DNA from: Histomonas meleagridis 2922-C6/04-290x
Lineage: Eukaryota > Protista > Parabasalia
Assembly: GCA_020184695.1 (NCBI GenBank)
Contig: JAANOX010000141.1
Coordinates: 1-28,312 of the forward strand
Reading direction: 5' to 3'
DNA length: 28,312 nt
In this document: positions 9,756-20,145 of the stretch, one piece after another
Layout of the letters: the number at the start of each line of letters is the position of its first letter
Position numbering within the stretch: the stretch's first letter is position 1
Position numbers and translations under genes: made by a program
Notes under the pieces: model-generated
What the model saw: the letters and a program-made list of their open reading frames with translations, nothing else
What the model was told of the DNA's origin: nothing
Database searches by the model: none

Positions 9756-10228
9756 ATGAACGCTCAAAGAGATCAATTCAAGAGATTTTCCCTTGAGAAA
9801 AATTTCTTTTGGCATGGTGTATTAGCACTAAATGAAAACGGAGGACAAAGTATCTTTTAATTCTAACTTCAGCATTTTTTGATGTTCGAATGAAGAAAAA
9901 TGTACCAGGTGCTCCACAAATAGTTGGGTTGTACACGAATGATATTCCCCCTATGCCTCTTTCACCAACAGATACCTTAACATGTACATTTGTAATTGAA
10001 AATAATATGGGATTAACAACACAAAGAACTACTCTTGTAGAGAGCTCTGTTACAGGTACGGATTTGCAAAAGCTTATAGAGTCAAGTGAAAATGTCGGCA
10101 AACAAATATTACTCACAAACGAAAAAGGAGAATGGCAATTTATACAAATGGGTAATGTTTGGGGACTACGCTCTGTTGTTTTATATGTTTCACACGCTGT
10201 TCTTAACGAACATATTAAAGACATTTAG
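9756..10228 (+). CDS. Two-exon hypothetical protein, 149 aa (exons 9756-9849 and 9873-10228); weakly SPOC-like N-terminus
   Basis: ATG 9756 opens MNAQRDQFKRFSLEKNFFWHGVLALNENGGQ and hits TAA inside 9850-9872. Removing the 23-nt GTATCTTTTAATTCTAACTTCAG joins it in frame to the track ORF 9890-10228 (...GQTFFDVRMKKNVPG...). Confidence 0.75.
9850..9872 (+). other. 23-nt spliceosomal intron (phase 1)
   Basis: GTATCTTTTAATTCTAACTTCAG has GT-AG ends and a CTAAC branch point adjacent to the 3' AG. It contains an in-frame stop and restores the reading frame when removed. Confidence 0.8.
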
Positions 10229-10438
10229 ATTTTCATTTTGGAAACACAAACTTTTTTCGAAATTTGAATATGCTGGAAACGATTCAATTATTAGAGTTCT
10301 TGAAATATTTTTAAATGAAAACAGTGAATATAACATGTTTGAGTTTTTTTTCAATTATCAATAATGGTTTAATATTAAATTTTGATATTTTTATATTTGA
10401 TCATAAAGTAAAAAGTAATGGCAAAATTTAAATAATTT

Positions 10439-11152
10439 TTATTTTTTGGTACTTTCTTGCTCATCGTCATTAACAACAGGATATTCCTTTTGATCCTCTA
10501 AGAACCGCTTTTGTGAATACGCATACACAGCCCACACCGCTTCATTACACAAATTATCCAAGTCTATTTCAACGCTTTTGGAGTGCACTCCCAAATTCGG
10601 ATGATATCGAAGAACTATTTGCAGAAATTCATGTGCATCTTTTTTATTGCATAACTCATTAGACGCTTTAATGAAAGATTTGATTGTTGTTACGTCCATT
10701 TGAGGAAGCTTAGGAAATACGAATCGTGTTGGCGAATATTTTTGGATTTTTTCAGATGCATCATCAATTTCTTGGTAAAGCTCTTTTTCAAGTTTCATTA
10801 CTTTTTTGGACCAGTTTTTGAAAGTTTCTTCTTTTAATGTGCTAAGCATTTTTTCAAAGGAATCACGTAGTTCTTTAGCAGCCATGGCATAATATGAATT
10901 TCTTCCAAAAAATTTTTCTGTGTTTGTATGAACTAAAGAAAAATCGTATCTCAACTCTTTGATGCTTGAATATTCGTTTGTAAGTAGATTCCCTTGAATT
11001 TGACCAAGCGTCATTGGTTTTCTGATACGAGTATAATAATCTTCCATTCCCTCCATAGTGTCATCAACTGGGTTTACAAACATGGCTGATAATGGCTTTT
11101 CTAAAATTTTTTCCATGATTTTTATGCATTCATTTCGAGTATACTCGTCCAT
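10439..11152 (-). CDS. Single-bromodomain + ET/NET domain protein (BET/GTE-like), atypical acetyl-lysine pocket
   Basis: CIKIMEKI...SAMFVNPVD...DYYTRIRKPMTLGQIQGNL...YSSIKELRYDFSLVHTN is a bromodomain. C-terminal FLQIVLRYHPNL...VEIDLDNLCNEAVWAVYAY resembles the ET domain (VQIIQSREP...IEIDFETLKPSTLREL). Confidence 0.85.
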   Translation of the reverse strand: MDEYTRNECIKIMEKILEKPLSAMFVNPVDDTMEGMEDYYTRIRKPMTLGQIQGNLLTNEYSSIKELRYDFSLVHTNTEKFFGRNSYYAMAAKELRDSFEKMLSTLKEETFKNWSKKVMKLEKELYQEIDDASEKIQKYSPTRFVFPKLPQMDVTTIKSFIKASNELCNKKDAHEFLQIVLRYHPNLGVHSKSVEIDLDNLCNEAVWAVYAYSQKRFLEDQKEYPVVNDDEQESTKK

Positions 11153-11620
11153 CTGTTTGGCATAAATTTTTCAATTGAAATGTATACTGGCATTTTGAAT
11201 ATTTGAATGACTATTTGGTCCACCGCCAAAATAATAAACGGCACTTTGTAACCAGAATTGACAAATATTTGTTTGTTAACTAACATGCAAAATAGGAAGT
11301 ATCATATATCCAAATTTCTTTAAGTATGATTTATATAATTTATGATTATAAAAAATTATGGATTACAACATATAACATAAAGTCATTATAATGAAATTTT
11401 CGAAATCAAACAAGGTATTCATTTTATATTTATTTTAGTAATAGATTCATTCTAATGTACAAATAAAATAATGATCTCGTATTTTAAAAATCATCAAAGA
11501 AATAGTGAAGTGATTAGAAAACGATGGACGAATTGACTTATGAACGATTATTTTTCATCTAAATTCCGAATAAACCATAGAAATCGTGATTTACGATAGA
11601 AGAGTCTAAAAAACCAATTT

Positions 11621-12910
11621 TTATTGATAGCATTTTTCTTTTTTCCACAATTTGAATGCCTTTTTTGCCACATTAATATATTCTACATCTGTTACATATA
11701 CTCTCATTGCAGTTTCAACGAAATGTATTGGAACAATAGATGATATATCAGATGGTGTCAGGGTAACAATTTTATCTTCTGAACCAGATCTCCAAAAAGG
11801 AATTCCTAGAAGTGGATGTTGCTTAGAAATTCCGTACCTAAATCGAAGTTTGACATATCTCAATTTTTCACTTGGTATGTCAGCAAATTGAGAGATGTCT
11901 TTTTCGATTTGCTGCACTTGGCTTTGGGAGTACGAAAGCCCCTCTTCGTTCTTAGGGTTAACTCTTAGTTCTCCAACGAGCTTGTAGAGTTTCCTTTCAC
12001 AGATTCTGTCAGCTATCTTTTTTGCTTCTTCCCCACATTTTCCGGATTGAATTATTGTAAACAATCTGTCGTCTAACTTACAATAAAGTTCAACATTCTG
12101 AAGGGATTCTTCAAATTTAAAGTAAGGATCAGCTGCATCAAGCATATCTGTGATCATACAATCCATGGCTTGAATTGTGTGATGTTGATAAACTCTGTTA
12201 TGCATGTTGTTTCTGTTGAAGAAAAGCCGTTCTATTGTTTGCATTTCACTTATCTTCCATGCAAGCTTTCCTTCAACAACTCGACAATTATATATTAGCC
12301 GACTGAATTCAAAACTTGCTATGTTTAGGGATCGGTTAATGTCACGAACAAGGTAATCAAATTTGTCTAGATCAATATCACATTGTCTATTACAAACAAT
12401 GCATGATAAATATTCTGGAAATTTTTCATATGGATCTCCTCTGATATATGATGCAGCAGCATCAATAACATCAACAGGGATGTCAAGTTTGTATTTCCTA
12501 AAAATATGCTTTAAAACTTTGATTGACATATCTTCATGATCCCATAAAGGATCGTAATGGTGTGCAACATGTTCAAAGCAGTGGCTCCAAGGTCCGTGGC
12601 CAAGGTCATGACAAAGAGCTGCAATAATTACTGCTTGTGCATGTTCTGGTTGAATTTTGAGTTCTGGCTGTTGATTTTGTAAGTGCTCCATAAAAAGAGT
12701 TGCTAGATGAGCACATCCAAGGGAGTGTTCAAATCTAGTATGTGTAGCTCCTGGGTATACAAGATAATCACATCCAAGTTGACGTATATGTCTAAGTCTT
12801 TGGAATTCTGGGCAATCTATTATTGGCCAACAGTAACTTGGAATAAAGAGTGGACCATATATTTCATCATGAGGTGAGTGTCGTTTTGCTGTTGGCTTTT
12901 CTTGGGACAT
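11621..12910 (-). CDS. HD-domain dNTP triphosphohydrolase, SAMHD1-like (no SAM domain)
   Basis: IIDCPEFQRLRHIRQLG...VYPGATHTRFEHSLG...ALCHDLGHGPWSHCFE...WDHE...DLDKFDYLVRD...MHNRVYQH...RKLYK carries the metal-binding H/HD/D set and the allosteric-site residues of the SAMHD1 family. Confidence 0.92.
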   Translation of the reverse strand: MSQEKPTAKRHSPHDEIYGPLFIPSYCWPIIDCPEFQRLRHIRQLGCDYLVYPGATHTRFEHSLGCAHLATLFMEHLQNQQPELKIQPEHAQAVIIAALCHDLGHGPWSHCFEHVAHHYDPLWDHEDMSIKVLKHIFRKYKLDIPVDVIDAAASYIRGDPYEKFPEYLSCIVCNRQCDIDLDKFDYLVRDINRSLNIASFEFSRLIYNCRVVEGKLAWKISEMQTIERLFFNRNNMHNRVYQHHTIQAMDCMITDMLDAADPYFKFEESLQNVELYCKLDDRLFTIIQSGKCGEEAKKIADRICERKLYKLVGELRVNPKNEEGLSYSQSQVQQIEKDISQFADIPSEKLRYVKLRFRYGISKQHPLLGIPFWRSGSEDKIVTLTPSDISSIVPIHFVETAMRVYVTDVEYINVAKKAFKLWKKEKCYQ

Positions 12911-12969
12911 AAATTACCATTTTTTCAATTGTTGTCTGGTCAAATAAACCATAAAAGTGACATAGAAGA

Positions 12970-13806
12970 ATGTCTGTTGACGATTTAAGAGAAAACTTTT
13001 ACCTTGGATTTTATGCAAAAGTGATTTCTATTGGTGCTGGATTACCTAAAGATAATGAAGAAGTTGAATTTCTTGTTTTACGATCTAGATTAGCTCAAAA
13101 CCAAATTGATTTTGTTCTCAACGCGACTCGTTCACAAAGCAACAATGTGCAAAAAGGACTATATATTTTAGCAACAGCATTAAAGTCAGGCAAAAAAGAA
13201 GAAATGGAATCACTTCTTGAAGGTTCTGACAATTCTCTCATCAAAACATCACAATATTACAGCATTTGCATTGCTATTATCAATTTGCATCTTTCTCGTT
13301 ATATAGAAGCCTATGAAGCACTTATGGGAAATACACATACAGAAGCAATTGCACTTAGAATACAATCATTACTCTCAATAAATCGCCCAGACTTAGCTGA
13401 GGAAGAACTTTCCAGTCTTCAAAATACAATTGTCTCAACCTTATGTTCTGCATATGTTTCATTATTCAAAGACAAAGAATCCACAAAGAATGCGCTCTTT
13501 GCTCTTCTTGATCTCTCCGAAATGTACGATCCATCCCCCATCCTAACTAACGTTATTGCTGTTTGTCACTTCGCAATCGAAGAATGGGAAAATGGCCGAA
13601 ACGCGATACAAAATGCGGAATCGCTTTTCCAAAACGACGAAGCAACAACCATAAATGTTGGCGTTGCGTTGTGTCACTCTGAGGACTATGGAAAACTAAA
13701 AACACAAATAGAACTCATCAAAAGTATGAAGAATAAATATACATCAAAAATCGAAGAAATGTTAAAAGATTTCGATGATACAGCAGAAAGAATAAAAGAT
13801 CAGTAA
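12970..13806 (+). CDS. COPE: Coatomer subunit epsilon (COPI)
   Basis: DDLRENFYLGFYAKVI matches the epsilon-COP N-terminus. It also has RSRLAQNQ, EAIALRIQSLLSINRPDLAEEEL, NVIAVCHFAIEEWENG and a TPR-like helical pattern. 278 aa. Confidence 0.88.
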   Translation: MSVDDLRENFYLGFYAKVISIGAGLPKDNEEVEFLVLRSRLAQNQIDFVLNATRSQSNNVQKGLYILATALKSGKKEEMESLLEGSDNSLIKTSQYYSICIAIINLHLSRYIEAYEALMGNTHTEAIALRIQSLLSINRPDLAEEELSSLQNTIVSTLCSAYVSLFKDKESTKNALFALLDLSEMYDPSPILTNVIAVCHFAIEEWENGRNAIQNAESLFQNDEATTINVGVALCHSEDYGKLKTQIELIKSMKNKYTSKIEEMLKDFDDTAERIKDQ

Positions 13807-14677
13807 ATAACACTTTTTCTTTTATTTAATGTTTAAAATCAAAAAATATTTCCGAATTTTGGATTAAATGTTCTAACAATTGTTACTTTTGAGTATTTAA
13901 TGTTTTGCAAAAGAAATAAAATATTAAAACTTGTTAAGCTTAATAATAAGCATTACAATTCGTTCATATTGTTTAAACTTACTCCCAGACATCTTTTTTT
14001 GAAGTATTTAGTTTGACAATACCTGAAAATATTAAAATATGTTTTGAATAATTTTGGAAATTAAATAGGAAAGAATATGATTACATAATTGATTTCTTTC
14101 ATTTTTCCATATTTTTAAATATATAATTCTAATTTCACACTAAAAATTACATACATTTGAGAAGTTTATTTTCGATAACTTTTTTCTGATTATGTGGCGG
14201 TTACCCAATATGGCTAAATTTAGCGATTGAAATTGAAAATTGTTACCAAATAATAATTCTTAAATCATGAAAAAACATATCTGCACAGAAGTAATCAAGT
14301 AATTGTTTGAAAAAAATGATGATGATAATAAATTCAATATTTCCTGTTTCTGTGCATTTATCTAAACATATGCCTTTTGAAAACTTATATCAAAGATTGT
14401 AGTTTTTTGCATGTAATTAGAATCCATGAATAATAAATGATTTTATTGTTCAAAAAAATTTTAATTTTTGAGTTCCAATAGCTTTAAGCTCATTTTTCTA
14501 CAGTGAAAAGCATTATTATCCCATTGATATTAAAATTTCCTAATACACATCAGGATTCAAGACAAGTGATCGTTTTTGGCTCAATTCTTTTGATTTCAAT
14601 AAGTTACCACTTTTTGAGCGATGATTTTGTTTTTCATCATCACCGCCAAATTTTAATTTTGTGGAAAGTGCCTTTAA

Positions 14678-16732
14678 ATGGAATCAATAATCTCTGTAAA
14701 GGAATCAATCCTTGATGAATTTCGAAAGATCCCATATGTTTTTGATGAAGAAAAAATCTCAATGTTTACACCAGTTGAATATTCATTCAATGATAACTCA
14801 AAATATGTTTCAGGGTATTTTGTTCTTACAATTGGCACAATCTATATTCTTAAAAAAAATCTAAAATTGCATGACGAGATTTCTATCCTTGAAATAAAAT
14901 CTCTTAATCTCGAAAATTCGAATTTATTTTTAGAATACAGGGAAAATTCTTTTTCTCTTCGTCTCCAATTCTTCGAAAATGCAGAAGATGCCACAGAGCG
15001 CATTATTATTTCTTTAAATGAAACTATGTTTAACATTGAAGATGAGAATTTCAAAATTGATATCAACACAGATTCTTTACCAATACCAAAAATCAGCTCT
15101 CGCCGTAATGACTCATTAAAGAAGCGTGTTATTACTTTGTCTCATTATTATAAAATCCATTCAAAACCATTATTTGATTTTTCATATTTTGACAAATGGG
15201 AAAATAGCATCAACAAAACCACTCTTCAAATAACCTCGCTTCGTCTAGGTAATTTTGCCGCTGCAATTGGCCATGCTATTGCGTGGGAATCGACGATTCA
15301 AAATCTTACCTTATCAGCATTTCTTCCTATACAACTCGATGACTTTCTTTATTCACTTCTATCTCATACACGTAGTCTTAAAACACTTACATTTACTGAC
15401 TATAGCTCCAAACTTGAGAAATATATTTCCGATACATCAGACACAGAAATCAGCGAGCCACCTCCAGAAATACGCACCAACCTCCAAATTATATTTTCGC
15501 GATGTTCTCACAGATGTCTTGATCATTTACTTCGACAATTACGAAGTGCCATTTTTCCCCAAATGGCTTTAATTAATATGCGCATCGACAGTGATCAAAT
15601 GCTTGAAATCATTGATCGGTTAAAGCAATATTATATCTTACATCATGTCTCCAAGCTTAAACTTGCTAAATTTGATTTTTCAGATTGTAGTATTTCATTA
15701 GCAAGAAATTTTTTTAGTTCATTTAATCATTTAAAATGTCTCTACTTCAATGGAAGTAATGAACATACTAAAGATGGATCATTTGTTTTTTCATCATTAT
15801 GTTCATCATCTGCAAAACCTTATTGGGTTATATTAAACAACTTAACATTTAACACACCGATAGCTAGTAACTGTACTTTGTTATCATCGATTTCTGTTTT
15901 AGATGTTTCTACATGTGAATTTAATTCAGTTGGACTTAAGTCATTTTTAGAGTTTCTTACCTTTGATAGGTCAAAATTTCCATTGATTTTAATAGCGCGG
16001 AATTTAAAAATAAATGAAGATTCGTATGAAATGTTATCAGAAATAGAGTTTGAACAATGTTATCCCAATATTGTTGAATTCATTTGGGATAACAATATGA
16101 TTCCAAGTCAAAGTAGTCAATTTCTTTTTGCTTTTTTATACACACAAAAGAATTTAAGATTGGTTTCATTTCGAAACAATACAACCGATGATTCAACACA
16201 ATTATTGAAAGATATAATCAAACTTTCACACGGTTTAAAAATTTCAGGAATTGAAATCGAAGGTGATTTTGACAACTTTATTTTCATTCAATTCATTCAA
16301 TCATTGATCGTTTTAAGAAATTTGAAGTTTTTGGTTTTGGGGAACGTTAACGGAGGAGACAAAGAATTGCAAGCTTTAGAAAGCATTGTGAATGAATTAA
16401 AAATTAATGAAATTGGAATTTATGGATTTGAAAATAAAACTTTTAAAGAATTGACTGAATTCATGGATAGAGTTAAAAAGGCTAAAACTACAATTGCATT
16501 GGACATACAAAATCCATCAATTGACGAAATGAAAATATCAAAAAAGAATTCGGAAAAAAACGAAAAAATGAAAGAGAGTCTATTGAACGATTATGAAAAG
16601 TTAAAAAGAGTATTGAAAACAAATAAAAGAATATTTTATCATATGCAATGCCAAAAAGAAGGGAAGCTACCAAAGCCTGAAGTGTTCTTTGATTCTATTA
16701 GAACCAATTATAATGTTAAAAGTGCGATATAA
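14678..16732 (+). CDS. PH-like + RNI-type leucine-rich repeat protein (CARMIL-like architecture)
   Basis: 684-aa ATG ORF. N-terminal beta-rich segment GYFVLTIGTIYILKK...EISILEIKSL (PH-like), followed by LxxLxL repeats (IQNLTLS, LKTLTFT, LKCLYFN, ISVLDVS, LRLVSFRNN, ISGIEI, LKFLVL). Confidence 0.6.
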   Translation: MESIISVKESILDEFRKIPYVFDEEKISMFTPVEYSFNDNSKYVSGYFVLTIGTIYILKKNLKLHDEISILEIKSLNLENSNLFLEYRENSFSLRLQFFENAEDATERIIISLNETMFNIEDENFKIDINTDSLPIPKISSRRNDSLKKRVITLSHYYKIHSKPLFDFSYFDKWENSINKTTLQITSLRLGNFAAAIGHAIAWESTIQNLTLSAFLPIQLDDFLYSLLSHTRSLKTLTFTDYSSKLEKYISDTSDTEISEPPPEIRTNLQIIFSRCSHRCLDHLLRQLRSAIFPQMALINMRIDSDQMLEIIDRLKQYYILHHVSKLKLAKFDFSDCSISLARNFFSSFNHLKCLYFNGSNEHTKDGSFVFSSLCSSSAKPYWVILNNLTFNTPIASNCTLLSSISVLDVSTCEFNSVGLKSFLEFLTFDRSKFPLILIARNLKINEDSYEMLSEIEFEQCYPNIVEFIWDNNMIPSQSSQFLFAFLYTQKNLRLVSFRNNTTDDSTQLLKDIIKLSHGLKISGIEIEGDFDNFIFIQFIQSLIVLRNLKFLVLGNVNGGDKELQALESIVNELKINEIGIYGFENKTFKELTEFMDRVKKAKTTIALDIQNPSIDEMKISKKNSEKNEKMKESLLNDYEKLKRVLKTNKRIFYHMQCQKEGKLPKPEVFFDSIRTNYNVKSAI

Positions 16733-17318
16733 AAATAATTTTATTTTATTTTTCTATATTCACTCGTACCCTTTTTAAATAATAAAGTTAACGCATAAAA
16801 AACTGTTAAGTAATATGCTGTTTTTTTCACAAGATCTGATGGTGGAGGGGGAAACCACGAACGGATTCAATGATTATATTATCGTTTTCCCCAGAAAAGT
16901 ATTATCGTCTTATAGAAATTCCATCGTGTGTTAAATTTGCACCACTTTATTAAAGTTATAGAAAACTTTTCGTTTCAAAATTTATATAGCACAATTGATT
17001 TTGACTTTTTTATTTAAAGAAATTTACATGTAATATTGTTTATTAGTTAAGAATTTTCTAAAACAAATTTTGCTCTACATTTTTTTTTTAAAGATTGAAT
17101 CAAACGCATGAGGTTTTGTTGGTCCTTTGTTGAATTCTGCATTTTAATTTCCTATATTATAATATGATTTGGCCATTCCAGAACAACTTAATAATCAAAG
17201 CTACGATCGTTTTTAGGTCAATATTTCTGAGGTTGTCATTTTGTAACCGCGTTTAGGATAGAAATTTTCAGAGAAGAAAGTGGAATTGAAAAGAATTAAC
17301 GTCTGACTGCAGCCAACA

Positions 17319-18800
17319 ATGGAGAAAAACGAAATTCAAAAATTGCACCTACGTAGGTCATCCCGTTTATCTTCTGTATCATCTGAGGATACTTTTCAAT
17401 TATTCCAAGGTGAGAGTGGATATTATTCGGCATTATTTGAATTTTCTCAGGGTGCTGCTCCATCTGCTTTTTGGGAATATGGAAAAACTTCCGGAATAAC
17501 AGATTTTACAGCATTTATGAATGCTGTAGTCAATACGCCTGCTAACCCAAATTCTTATGATTCATGTGAACTACCAATTACCACAGTAACATCCAAGTAT
17601 GAATCTGCTTATTATATTGCTGTTTATACACAGGTTTATGATATAGATGCCAGAGGGTTTTCCCGTTCCGTTGTATTTGTTATAGCAAATCAATCAAAAG
17701 AAATGATTTATGCAATTCAATATTCTAGGCAACAACAAATAAACAATATTATAAGCAAGATACAACATAATACAGTTGCTTCGTTTCCACAAGATTTAAT
17801 GAAATTTGCTTCATCACTACAAAAAACAATTGATGCCAATTCTGAAGATGATTCAATATCAATTCTCAGGGCGAAGTTTGATGCACTCAAGCCAATATTA
17901 AAGCACTTTAATATCACAGAAATTGATGAATCTATAGGTGAAACCAAAAATCCCAGTTATTTCATGATTGTTAATAACGATCTCAGACCTATTAAAGTTC
18001 TAATTCACTTTACTGAGCTTGACCATACTCTCGATAACTTTGTTACACACCTTCCTCCTTCTCCAATCCTTGCTACAATTGAAAATCAAGCGAGTTACGA
18101 AGAAGATTTTCCAATGATTGATTTCGGCGGTTATTTCGGCTGTTATTCCAATTTAGTATTGGAAGTACTTCAAGATGAATATAACTTATCTAAGTTTAAA
18201 CTCACTGAGCTTGTGGCGAACAAATCCTTTTTTTATTGTGCGTTCACCGTTCTTAGTGGCCAAACCTTAGTTATTCGTTCGCAAAACACCGAAGAAGCAA
18301 TGTCACTTGCCAAGCGTTTTTCCATGTTATCACCATTCTTTAAGCCGCATTATGTTGCACAAATTGACAATGCTAATGCGTTAATGTGTCTTAAATATTC
18401 CATTGTTGTAGTTAAAAACTTTGAGCAAAAGAACAAAAACATGATAAGTTTACTTGATTTTGATAACAGTGTTTATTCAGGCGATGGATGTCCAGCGCGT
18501 TCTTTTGTATCATCAACACTTGGAAAAGGTGCCGACGGACCTGAGTCATTATTTTTGTTGATTTTGTATGCATCAATTAAAAGAATAGCAAATAAATTCA
18601 TCACAAAATTGGCAGAACTCTCCGTCGGAAAAAGATTACAGAAAGATAAAATACTCGAAGAGATGAAAAAAATCGGATTTTCAATGGAGGATGAGCCAAT
18701 ACTCAAGTATTGGATGCATTGTTACTTTAATAAGCAAAAATGGAGGCCTGTGCTAATGAAAAACAGTTCAAGCGTGGGATACACAATGATAACTTTCTAA
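17319..18800 (+). CDS. SMCR8/folliculin-family longin-DENN protein
   Basis: [12 protein letters not shown] resembles SMCR8 [33 protein letters not shown] resembles SMCR8 HLTLYDLEARGFVRPFCMAY. The C-terminal half has the DENN-like [14 protein letters not shown] segment. Confidence 0.7.
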   Translation: MEKNEIQKLHLRRSSRLSSVSSEDTFQLFQGESGYYSALFEFSQGAAPSAFWEYGKTSGITDFTAFMNAVVNTPANPNSYDSCELPITTVTSKYESAYYIAVYTQVYDIDARGFSRSVVFVIANQSKEMIYAIQYSRQQQINNIISKIQHNTVASFPQDLMKFASSLQKTIDANSEDDSISILRAKFDALKPILKHFNITEIDESIGETKNPSYFMIVNNDLRPIKVLIHFTELDHTLDNFVTHLPPSPILATIENQASYEEDFPMIDFGGYFGCYSNLVLEVLQDEYNLSKFKLTELVANKSFFYCAFTVLSGQTLVIRSQNTEEAMSLAKRFSMLSPFFKPHYVAQIDNANALMCLKYSIVVVKNFEQKNKNMISLLDFDNSVYSGDGCPARSFVSSTLGKGADGPESLFLLILYASIKRIANKFITKLAELSVGKRLQKDKILEEMKKIGFSMEDEPILKYWMHCYFNKQKWRPVLMKNSSSVGYTMITF

Positions 18801-18869
18801 TGTATGATTTGTAAATATTATGAATCAAAAATTCTTTTGGCATTTTCCATAATCTTATGTTTATCATGA

Positions 18870-19870
18870 GAAAAAAAGAAAACAACTTCTTTTACGATTT
18901 ACTAAAAATACTATGAAAACTGCATTTAATATCACTGCAACAGGAACACAATTCTGACAGCTATTGCTACAGTATTATCTTCATTTTGTTCGATTTTACT
19001 TATTTCGAAGTTATCATAAGAAAAAGTGAAATTAGAATAATAATTAGTGATTACTGAATCATAATAAGAAATTTTTGTGTTTCCTTGTGTATATTCTTGA
19101 TAAATCACAGAAAGTGTTTCAATATAGAAAATGAATCAATAAATATGATAGTATGTATCAATGTTAAATTATAATTATAATTTAACACAGGATTAAATGT
19201 ATTCGATTGACTTAAAGTATTTGATTGTGAAAAAGTATTTAATTGAGTAAATGCATTTGAAAATGTGTTTTGATTGACTATAAGATTTCGTTTGCCATGG
19301 AAGACAATCTTTAATAGTTGTTCCTTTTGAAACACTTAATGTTCCAAATGATTCATTAGCATACGAATATAATTTCATAAAGTTTGGTTGTCTGTCACCA
19401 TCATAATAAATACAACTTAAATTAGAACAAACAAAAAATACAAAACATTCAAATGAAGTAACAGAATATGGAATTTCAATATTTGTTATAGAAGAACAAT
19501 AATCAAATGCAAATACTCCAATTAAAGTAACAGAAGATGAAATTATGATATTTGTTAATGACAAACATTTTTGAAATGCTTAATCTCCAATAACAGAAGA
19601 TGGTATTATAACATTTATAAACAAAGAACAATAAGAAAATGCAGAATATCCTATTGTGACAATTATAATTACATTATTCCCAATTTCAATGGATATTAAT
19701 AAATTCAACCCATCAAATGCATTTAATGGAATCACACTAACATTGCCTCTGATGATAAGGTGCGTTATATTATCTTTGTTTTTAGCTGCTTCTTCAAATC
19801 CATTAGAATTGTAAATAATAAATGTTACAATATCTATACTATATGTGTGAAATATCTGTACTGAGAACAT
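18870..19870 (-). pseudogene. BspA/TpLRR (LRR_5) single-pass surface protein pseudogene
   Basis: ATG 19870 starts a signal-like MFSVQIFHTYS. TpLRR units follow (LIIRGNVSVIPLNAFDG; TIGYSAFSYCS; IPSSVIGD*AFQKCLSLTNIIISSSVTLIGVFAFDYCSSITNIEIPYSV), with an in-frame TAA at 19582-19580. A frameshift then leads into an FSQSNT stalk repeat, and a broken TM segment ends ...PVAVILNAVFIVFLVNRKR. Confidence 0.85.
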
Positions 19871-20145
19871 AGTAAAAACAAAAAAGTTATTCAAATTATT
19901 TATTTCTTTGATATTAGATTGAGAAATTCGCAAAAGTTTTTGTTATTCCAAAAATAAAAAAGCATAATAAAAAATTAGGACAGCAGCAAACATTGTGTTA
20001 TCTGCTTTAACAAACATATAAAAAAGTTGAATCGTTACTTAATCCACATATACCAAAGTGTTCATCGATTTTACATTTATTGATTTAAATTATCCGCAAT
20101 TATAAAAATGTATATTTTATATTTATTTAATTACATAACATTATT

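Noticed and set aside
11153-11187. Possible 35-nt intron (GTATAC...CCAAACAG) joining an upstream ATG CCA to the bromodomain gene
   Set aside because: There is no TAAC branch point, it would add only two residues, and ATG 11152 already gives a complete domain.
12896-12917. Possible 22-nt intron (GTAATT...AAAAG) after the upstream ATG 12920 of the HD gene
   Set aside because: It restores the frame but lacks the TAACTYCAG end seen in the two supported introns, and ATG 12910 suffices.
14480-14715. ORF 14503-14715(+) and a minus-strand open stretch upstream of the LRR gene
   Set aside because: GTG or no start, no recognisable motif, and no splice signal linking it to the LRR gene.
19580-19582. 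In-frame TAA in the BspA gene as evidence of stop-codon reassignment
   Set aside because: TAA terminates most intact genes in the window, and the same locus also has frameshifts, so pseudogenisation is simpler.
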